The notes beneath the pieces were generated by a model that did no database searches, was not told where the DNA came from, and was given only the letters and a program-made list of their open reading frames with translations. A stretch of DNA of 62,654 nt from positions 1 to 62,654 of the forward strand of contig CALEGD010000005.1 of assembly GCA_937877075.1 (NCBI GenBank), in the 5' to 3' direction. The DNA is from an uncultured Acholeplasmatales bacterium. GTDB taxonomy: Bacteria; Bacillota_I; Bacilli_A; ML615J-28; CAG-698. A program made the position numbers and the translations under genes. This document shows, in pieces, positions 55,943 through 62,654 of this stretch (its first letter is position 1; each line of letters opens with the position of its first letter).

Positions 55943-56851
55943 ATGGAAGAACTCATCAAAAAACATAAAAATAAAGTAAGGTATTCAAAATGGGGATTTG
56001 TGCTTGCATTTATTCCGCTCTTAGGATTTTTTATTTTTGGTCTAATCCCCTTGATTCTTAGTTTTGTTGTTAGTTTATATAAACCTTTGGGATATAGTTT
56101 TTCGAATATGAACTGGATGGGTTTAAAAAACTATACACATGTTTTAACTGATGAGGTTTTTTGGAAATCTGTCGGTAATACATTTTATGCGATGTTATCA
56201 ATACCGATTAATTTATCATTATCTGTTATCATTGCGACCATTCTTACAAACAAAAGAATGAAAGGAAAAGGAATTTTTAGAACAATATACTTTCTTCCTT
56301 ATGTTTGTTCGGTTGTAGCGGTTTCAATAATGTGGCGTTGGGCATTTGACGGAGAATTTGGAATCATTAATACTCTGCTTTCATATATCGGCATTAAAGG
56401 ACCGGACTGGCTGGGAAATTCAAAGACCTTAATGCCAGCAATGATAATGATGTCGGTTTGGGGCGGTATCGGATTTAATACTATTATCTTCAGCGCCGCT
56501 ATGACAAATATTGACCCGTCTCTTTATGAAGCTGCGGAAATAGATGGAGCCGGATCTATTGCAAGGTTTTACCATATTACTTTACCGTCTATTTCTCCGG
56601 TAACCTTCTATTTGCTTTCAATAAGCATTATTGGCGGCCTGCAAGACTTCGCGAGATTCCAAATCATGGCCCCGGGTGGTGGTCCGGATAATGCCGGACT
56701 AACCATGGTCTATTACTTATACAATGCCGGATTCCAAGAAATTATTACTTATGGTATGGGAATAGCGACAGCAGTCGCCTGGATACTCACTATTATAGTT
56801 GTCTGTATTACCGGAGCTAATTTTAAATTATCAAGTAAATGGGTGAAATAA
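55943..56851 (+). CDS. ABC sugar transporter permease (MalF/UgpA-like)
   Basis: Six TM segments. EAA loop YEAAEIDGAGSIARFYHITLP. Confidence 0.85.
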   Translation: MEELIKKHKNKVRYSKWGFVLAFIPLLGFFIFGLIPLILSFVVSLYKPLGYSFSNMNWMGLKNYTHVLTDEVFWKSVGNTFYAMLSIPINLSLSVIIATILTNKRMKGKGIFRTIYFLPYVCSVVAVSIMWRWAFDGEFGIINTLLSYIGIKGPDWLGNSKTLMPAMIMMSVWGGIGFNTIIFSAAMTNIDPSLYEAAEIDGAGSIARFYHITLPSISPVTFYLLSISIIGGLQDFARFQIMAPGGGPDNAGLTMVYYLYNAGFQEIITYGMGIATAVAWILTIIVVCITGANFKLSSKWVK

Positions 56852-56852
56852 A

Positions 56853-57752
56853 ATGGCAGATATACAAAAAAGAATTAAAACAAAGAAATCAAAAAGAGGA
56901 CAAGAAAATATTCGATTAGTTTTTAATTATATATTTTTAATTTTGATGGCTCTCTTTATTCTCTTGCCGTTTTATGTAATTTTAGTAACTTCCTTTAAAA
57001 CCAATCCCGAAGCAACCTCACTACCATTTACTTGGCTACCTAAAGAAGGATGGAACTTTAACAGTTATATAGAAGTACTGTTTGAGGATGTGTCGGGCGG
57101 AACCAAAGGTGTGTCATCAATTTTGGTTGGATTTAAGAATACAATGATTATAACCGTACCCGCTACCTTGATCGGACTTCTAACAAGCGGATTTTCCGCC
57201 TATGCTTTCGCAAAACTTCGTTTTAAAGGTAAAAAAATAGGGTTTTCTCTTTTATTGCTGACAATGATGTTTCCCGGAATTGTTATGTTGGTCCCTTCAT
57301 ATATGATTTATGACAAACTAGGATTGGTCGGAGATTCATTTTTCCCCTTGATGGTTCCCGGAATGTTCGGAGCGGCTGCTGCCGTCTTCTTCTTAAGACA
57401 ATATTTCCAAGGAATACCGAATGAGTTGTTGGAAGCGGCAACAATCGATGGAATGGGAGAACTTGGAATCTTCTTTAAGATAATGGTTCCTTTATCAAAA
57501 CCGGCATTTATAACTCAGGCAATCCTTGGATTTATTGGTGGTTATAATGATTATTTTGGACCTTTGTTATATTTACAAGATCCGAGAAAATATACTTTGC
57601 AGATTGCTTTAAGATTTTTTGAAGGAACTAATGTAGGTAACTGGCCGACCGTTATGGCCGGAGCTGTTGTATCGCTAATTCCAACAATTTTAATATTTGT
57701 TTTTGCTCAAAGATATTTTGTTGAAGGAATAACTAGGAGCGGGATTAAATAA
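56853..57752 (+). CDS. ABC sugar transporter permease (MalG/UgpE-like)
   Basis: Six TM segments. EAA loop LEAATIDGMGELGIFFKIMVPL. Confidence 0.85.
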   Translation: MADIQKRIKTKKSKRGQENIRLVFNYIFLILMALFILLPFYVILVTSFKTNPEATSLPFTWLPKEGWNFNSYIEVLFEDVSGGTKGVSSILVGFKNTMIITVPATLIGLLTSGFSAYAFAKLRFKGKKIGFSLLLLTMMFPGIVMLVPSYMIYDKLGLVGDSFFPLMVPGMFGAAAAVFFLRQYFQGIPNELLEAATIDGMGELGIFFKIMVPLSKPAFITQAILGFIGGYNDYFGPLLYLQDPRKYTLQIALRFFEGTNVGNWPTVMAGAVVSLIPTILIFVFAQRYFVEGITRSGIK

Positions 57753-57765
57753 AACAGGAGAATTT

Positions 57766-59325
57766 ATGAAAAAAACATTAATTTTATTTATAGCTATCGG
57801 CTTGCCATTTTTATTGGCAGGTTGTACAGAAAAACTTGCTTACTATGATACATTTAGTAAGGATGGTTTTAATCAAAACTTGTTCTATAGGAATGATCTT
57901 AAAACATTAGGAGCTGACCCCTCTGTAATCGAAATAACAGAAGGAGAAGAAAAAGGTTATTTTTATATGTACAATACGACGGATATCATCGGTGCAACCG
58001 GGGTTTACTCCTGGAGAACTAAGAACTTTAATGATTGGGAAGTCATGGGTCCTGCCTTTATTCCCGAAAGAGATTCTTGGGCAATCAGAGATATCTGGGC
58101 ACCCGAAGTTATCTATAAAGACGGAAAGTATTATATGTACTATACCGGTAAAAATGAAAAAACAAAAAGACGCGGAATGAGTGTCGCAGTCGCCGATTCA
58201 CCAAACGGACCTTTTAAAGAATTTAGTGGTCAAGGTGCAAACGGAGTAGTCTATGATCATAGAACTCAAGTATTTGACTTTGGTTTTCCGGCAATCGATG
58301 CTTCTCCATTTATTGATGGTGATGATTTCTATTTATATTTTTCAAAAGACCAAGTAGACGGAGTTTCTTCGATCTATGGAGTTAAGATGCTAGATATGGT
58401 AACCCCGGATATGGATACCTTAAAACTACTAACTTATCCAACTTTCCCAACAATTGCTTCGATGGAAAAATTGGGTTTAGGTTCAATCGAATGGGAACAT
58501 AAGACTAACGGTGCAAACATGTGGAATGAGGGAGCCTTTATGTATAAACATAACGGTAAATATTACCTTACTTATTCCGCGAATCCTTTCTGGGCCCGTG
58601 AATACGCTGTCGGTTATGCGGTTGCTGATAATCCATTAGGAGACTTTGTAAAGCCGGAGAAAAACCGAATCCTCGGTGTCGACCTTACTTGGGATCATAT
58701 GTCAGGAACAGGTCATCATAGTTTCTTTAGTGCCGGTAATGAGTTATTTATTGCTTATCACGCCCACACTGACAGAGTATACGGAGATAGCAGTAGAGCC
58801 ATAGCCGTCGACCGCGTAATCTTTACAGAAGATAAACCTCATGTTAACGGACCTACTTATTCACTCCAACCTCTTCCAGAAGTAAGTTCGGGTTACAGAA
58901 ATGTTATGAGCGAAGGAACATTAACTTCTAATACCGGTGCAGAAACTTCTAAATTAACCGACGGAATTATCGCAATGCATCTTGATGAAACTGAATATGA
59001 ATATCATGTTGACAACGGAAAAGTTTTATTAACAATAAAATTTGATGAAGCAATAACTACTAGAGCGATTTTGGTTTATAATTCAGTAGATATTGAAACT
59101 TCATTTATGAAAATTAAGAAAATCACCATCAACAACAAATTCAGTGCCAAAAACATCGGCTATAATCCTTTATATATTAATGATTATGATCCTGAATATT
59201 TAGAAATGAGACCGGGCGGTGCTTTCATTATTGAATATGATGAGCTTGATACAAAAGAAATAACAATTGAAATTGATAACGGAAAGGCATTCTCAATTTC
59301 TGAAATTGTCGTTCTGGGGAGGTAG
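57766..59325 (+). CDS. GH43-family glycoside hydrolase lipoprotein with C-terminal beta-sandwich domain
   Basis: Lipobox LAGC. GADPSVI, WAPEVIYKDGKYYMYYTG, IDASPFIDGDD.YLYF and NEGAFMYKHNGKYYLTYS five-bladed-propeller motifs with the Asp/Asp/Glu triad positions. Confidence 0.8.
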   Translation: MKKTLILFIAIGLPFLLAGCTEKLAYYDTFSKDGFNQNLFYRNDLKTLGADPSVIEITEGEEKGYFYMYNTTDIIGATGVYSWRTKNFNDWEVMGPAFIPERDSWAIRDIWAPEVIYKDGKYYMYYTGKNEKTKRRGMSVAVADSPNGPFKEFSGQGANGVVYDHRTQVFDFGFPAIDASPFIDGDDFYLYFSKDQVDGVSSIYGVKMLDMVTPDMDTLKLLTYPTFPTIASMEKLGLGSIEWEHKTNGANMWNEGAFMYKHNGKYYLTYSANPFWAREYAVGYAVADNPLGDFVKPEKNRILGVDLTWDHMSGTGHHSFFSAGNELFIAYHAHTDRVYGDSSRAIAVDRVIFTEDKPHVNGPTYSLQPLPEVSSGYRNVMSEGTLTSNTGAETSKLTDGIIAMHLDETEYEYHVDNGKVLLTIKFDEAITTRAILVYNSVDIETSFMKIKKITINNKFSAKNIGYNPLYINDYDPEYLEMRPGGAFIIEYDELDTKEITIEIDNGKAFSISEIVVLGR

Positions 59326-59333
59326 TGAAGATA

Positions 59334-61742
59334 ATGAAGCAGAAACTATCAATATTATTTTTACTCGTACTTACACTTTTGCTTGCATCCTGCGGTAAAC
59401 TTGCGGAATATAGTTTTGAGAACCCTAATTTTCCCCAAGGTTTTGATGAAAACAAAGCTCCTTTGGAAGATACGATAGTTTTTGACGGACAATTAAATGA
59501 AGGCTTTTATACAGGAAAAAACTATTTAGAGTTTTCAAAAACTGGCGATGCAAATCATAAAATGACCCTAACAACCGTCTTTTTCGAAAGTGGCTTATTA
59601 GTTGGGGTACAAATTAAAGACCCCCAAATTTATTATAATAGTCTAAATGAAATCTATAAAAACGATTCATTTGAACTATATATTAATCCAACAAGTCAAA
59701 GGACTAAAGTCAATAAAGACTTTCTCCAAATAAGAGTAAGTGCTACAAATGACAGAGAAATGTGGATCGGTGTTCCGACGGGGAACGAATATGGATGGTC
59801 GCGATTTTATGTTCCCTTTTCCAGTGTTGTTAACATCAACGGCACAATAATTGATACCTTTGAAAAAGATGTCGAAGCAAACCAAAATTCCCTAGGTTAT
59901 ACATCAGAGGTATTTATCCCCTGGACATCGCTTAACTTAAATTCAAAACCGGAGACCATTGACATTTTTCCAGCATTTATTGAATCGTATGGATTTGGCT
60001 CAAATGACTTTAATTGGAATTCATATCAAGATTTATCACATATGGAACCGACCAATTATCTAACATTTGATGCGAATGGTCTTTCTCTTTCTGACGACGG
60101 AACTATCTTTGGCGATAGTAACTTCGGAAAACTTGCAACTAACGGATTTGATTTATCTGATGAAGAAAATCGTGTTATTCAATATGGTGGTTATGATCAA
60201 TATGTTTATTTCAAAAATATCACCGGTAATAGATATGGATTCAGTGTTGATATCAGCAATCTCGTTATCTTAAACAATGACCCGTATCCCAAAGTTGGGG
60301 TTATTGTAGGTGAAAACAAGGATCGAATTGTAAACTTCTTCTTTGATCCATTCCCACCATTTAATAATTATTACGGAGTATTTGTACCCCGGGACAGAAA
60401 CGATGATAACTGGCAATGGGGACCGGGAAGTCCGCTTCCGAATGGATTTAGTTATCAGGATGTTAATAAAATGACAGTAATTAAAGACACTGAAATATCC
60501 TATATATTTGTAAATGATGTTTTGGTTGATAAACGCGCTCATGGACTGAAAGGTTCTACCCAAGCTGGTTTGTTTACAATGAATATGAGTGCTATTTACG
60601 CCAATTATCAAGTCTTAACGGAAGAAGAAATTAACGGTTATATTCAAACTACTGATTTTGGAAATACAATGTTTGAAGATGTAAGTAATGGATTCAGTCT
60701 CTTAGATGACGGTTCACTCTTACAAAACGGTATCGGTGAACAAACTGCCTATTTCAAAGATGTTAACTCTACAAAATACAAAGTCAGCGCAAAAGTCAAA
60801 CTTACTGGGGCATTAAATAATGACCTATTCCCGAAAGTTGGAATTATTGCCGGTTCAACTGCTGAAGGGGATGAATCCTTCTTAATCGACCCGCGTCCGA
60901 ATTTTGATGTTAAAGACTTCTTGGGAGTCAGCAGATCTAAAGGATCTGATTGGAGTTGGGGTGAACAAAAAATAGTTTGGCTGGACGGAATTGACTATGA
61001 GAATGAAATCGAATTAACTGTTGTCAGAGACGGAATTAAAATATATTATTTTGTTGACGGAACATTAATCTATGAGAAAGATTCGATTATTACAAGTAGC
61101 GGCAGACCCGGTTTAATTACCATGAATTATGAAGCAGTTTTTAGTAATTTCAATATCACTACCGATGAAACTGAAATTGATGAATTTATAGGAAATTATG
61201 TTTTCTCAAATGTCTTTGGTTGGACTGGGCATGGTAACTTTAATATCTTTGAAAACAGTATTTTCTTAAACGATACATTATATGATGTAGCATTTGATTC
61301 TAATCAAATTGAAAATGACAATATCCTTCTAGAAGATTCATTCTTTGTAGAGTTTGATCTAAGTCAAGTAAGATATGCGCCAATGGAATGGGTCTGGCCT
61401 AAACTTAATTTATTGCTTATTAAAGAAGATGGAGTTTTGTCTGATTTCGCCGTCGGAGTAAATCCAACAAAACAAAACAGATTTGAAACAAATATCGACG
61501 GTTGGATGAATTGGGATAATTTTGATAATATCGATTGGACATTGACTAACACTATCAGAATTGAAAGATTGATTACAGCTGAAGGAACGGCTGAATTTAG
61601 ATTGTTTTTGAATGATACACCTGCAACAATTGCCGGAGAAAATTATATCGAAACTAATTATGTAGATAATTATCGTCTTGGCTTAAGTTTTGATTATGCA
61701 AGTGGATTAATCTCAAACTTAAGAGTTGGCGTAATTGAATAG
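59334..61742 (+). CDS. non-catalytic surface lipoprotein: CBM9-like domain plus three NDxYPKxG-type beta-jelly-roll modules
   Basis: Lipobox LASC. NDSFELYINP (CBM9-like). Modules have ..YVYFKNITGNRYGFSVDISNLVILNNDPYPKVGVIV.. and ..AYFKDVNSTKYKVSAKVKLTGALNNDLFPKVGIIA.., plus a divergent third copy. ATG at 59334 is preferred over GTG 59325. Confidence 0.6.
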   Translation: MKQKLSILFLLVLTLLLASCGKLAEYSFENPNFPQGFDENKAPLEDTIVFDGQLNEGFYTGKNYLEFSKTGDANHKMTLTTVFFESGLLVGVQIKDPQIYYNSLNEIYKNDSFELYINPTSQRTKVNKDFLQIRVSATNDREMWIGVPTGNEYGWSRFYVPFSSVVNINGTIIDTFEKDVEANQNSLGYTSEVFIPWTSLNLNSKPETIDIFPAFIESYGFGSNDFNWNSYQDLSHMEPTNYLTFDANGLSLSDDGTIFGDSNFGKLATNGFDLSDEENRVIQYGGYDQYVYFKNITGNRYGFSVDISNLVILNNDPYPKVGVIVGENKDRIVNFFFDPFPPFNNYYGVFVPRDRNDDNWQWGPGSPLPNGFSYQDVNKMTVIKDTEISYIFVNDVLVDKRAHGLKGSTQAGLFTMNMSAIYANYQVLTEEEINGYIQTTDFGNTMFEDVSNGFSLLDDGSLLQNGIGEQTAYFKDVNSTKYKVSAKVKLTGALNNDLFPKVGIIAGSTAEGDESFLIDPRPNFDVKDFLGVSRSKGSDWSWGEQKIVWLDGIDYENEIELTVVRDGIKIYYFVDGTLIYEKDSIITSSGRPGLITMNYEAVFSNFNITTDETEIDEFIGNYVFSNVFGWTGHGNFNIFENSIFLNDTLYDVAFDSNQIENDNILLEDSFFVEFDLSQVRYAPMEWVWPKLNLLLIKEDGVLSDFAVGVNPTKQNRFETNIDGWMNWDNFDNIDWTLTNTIRIERLITAEGTAEFRLFLNDTPATIAGENYIETNYVDNYRLGLSFDYASGLISNLRVGVIE

Positions 61743-61766
61743 CATTTTAATATTAATAAGGAGTAT

Positions 61767-61798
61767 AAGCCATTTAAGAAGACTTTCTTAAATGGCTT
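61767..61798 (+). terminator. perfect 14-bp hairpin after operon C (no U-tract)
   Basis: AAGCCATTTAAGAA-gact-TTCTTAAATGGCTT. Confidence 0.45.
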
Positions 61799-61802
61799 GT
61801 AA

Positions 61803-62654
61803 ATGATAATGAAGAGAAGAGAATACCCAAGACCAGCCTTTGTCAGAAAAAATTGGATAAACTTAAATGGTACATGGGACTTTTCCTTTGATGATAATAA
61901 TATCGGACATAAGGAGAAGTGGTATATAAATCACAATTTTAATTTAAAAATTGAAGTCCCTTTTGCTTTCCAATCAAAATTAAGTAATATTAATGTCCAG
62001 GAATTTCATGATCGGGTTTGGTATAGAAGAAAATTTAAAATAAATAGTAAAGCTTTCCGTAAAAGAATAATCTTACATATTGGTGCTTGTGATTATGAAA
62101 GCGAAATTTATATTAACCATGAACTTGTGAGAAAACATATCGGCGGTCATTCTAGCTTTAAAGTAGATATCACTGATTATTTAAATTATGAAGAAGAAGA
62201 AATTGTTATATTTGCCTATGATAAATCAACAGATGAATTTATTCCGCGTGGGAAACAATATTGGAAAGAAAAGAATGAAAGCATTTACTATACAAGAACA
62301 ACTGGTTTATGGCAAACAGTATGGTTAGAAGAAGTTGATGAAATTCATATTGATAGTTTCAAAATGACTAGCGATATTGATAGTGGATTATTATATGTAG
62401 ATTTAAATATTTCTACTGAAGCAGATGTAAGGTTACAAGTTCAGGTATTTGATAAAGAAGTATTAATAATCTATAATAATTATTCACTAGATAGTATCAA
62501 TAGTAAATTTGCATTGGATATCTTCCAAGGTAAAATAATGAATACCGTTGCTCATCATCGCGGAAAGACTTGGAGTCCGGAAAATCCTCATTTATATGAT
62601 ATAGAGTTTACTCTTTTTCAGAATGATGAAATAGTAGATGAGGTAAAATCCTAT
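61803..62654 (+). CDS. GH2-family glycosidase (beta-galactosidase/beta-glucuronidase-like), N-terminal 284 codons; continues past the window
   Basis: REYPRP.F.R..W.NLNG.WDF.FD start, then V.IN...V..H.GG...F..DIT and DYE sugar-binding-domain motifs typical of GH2. No signal peptide. The frame is open to the window end. Confidence 0.75.
   Translation, partial: MIMKRREYPRPAFVRKNWINLNGTWDFSFDDNNIGHKEKWYINHNFNLKIEVPFAFQSKLSNINVQEFHDRVWYRRKFKINSKAFRKRIILHIGACDYESEIYINHELVRKHIGGHSSFKVDITDYLNYEEEEIVIFAYDKSTDEFIPRGKQYWKEKNESIYYTRTTGLWQTVWLEEVDEIHIDSFKMTSDIDSGLLYVDLNISTEADVRLQVQVFDKEVLIIYNNYSLDSINSKFALDIFQGKIMNTVAHHRGKTWSPENPHLYDIEFTLFQNDEIVDEVKSY

Noticed and set aside
1-62654. Possibility of an alternative genetic code (UGA read as Trp, as in many Mollicutes).
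   Set aside because: Trp is encoded by TGG throughout. ORFs of up to 1633 codons are open under the standard code. TGA works as a genuine stop at well-defined gene ends (for example metN at 25554-25556 and the GPH transporter at 17209-17211).
1-62654. CRISPR arrays, rRNA genes, intact prophage, integrase or toxin-antitoxin pairs.
   Set aside because: I noticed no regularly spaced direct repeats, no rRNA-like sequence and no recombinase or integrase ORF on either strand.

Overview
A+T-rich, lipoprotein-rich bacterial chromosome segment that uses the standard genetic code (TGG is Trp, TGA is used as a stop). It looks like a low-GC Bacillota or Acholeplasma-like Mycoplasmatota lineage; that placement is inference. 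Nearly all genes are on the + strand.

- 1-10.8 kb, housekeeping genes: purB (partial, minus strand), a zinc-ribbon membrane protein, a gmk-like kinase, a 592-aa orphan membrane protein, stand-alone pduL, galK-galT, two tandem 5'-nucleotidase lipoproteins and tRNA-Lys(CUU).
- 10.8-15.7 kb: a visibly more A+T-rich, decaying island next to the tRNA. It holds a rhuM fragment, GNAT and AlbA_2/HATPase_c_4 pseudogenes, an orphan lipoprotein, a SIMPL protein and a gene split by one in-frame TAA.
- 15.7-21.3 kb: an operon under a cre site (catabolite-responsive element), encoding a GPH transporter, a heparinase II/III-like protein, a GH88/105 hydrolase and a DUF438 sensor.
- 21.4-28.1 kb: a tnpB/IS605 remnant, a cold-shock gene with no canonical start codon (minus strand), czcD, galE, T-box-controlled metNIQ and an AEC transporter.
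- 28.7-62.65 kb, the most interesting part: a glycan-utilisation supercluster of about 33 kb linked to a LacI-family regulator. It has three operons plus the regulator and a GH2 gene. Recognisable modules are GH13-like, SGNH esterase, GH115, GH31, GH43, GH2 and a CUT1 ABC importer. Very large non-catalytic surface lipoproteins sit among them, built from shuffled beta-sandwich modules, two of which I cannot assign to a named family. The cluster also has shared operator palindromes and a duplicated promoter-operator cassette.

No CRISPR array, rRNA gene or intact mobile element was seen. All homology calls come from reading motifs by eye; no searches or computations were run.
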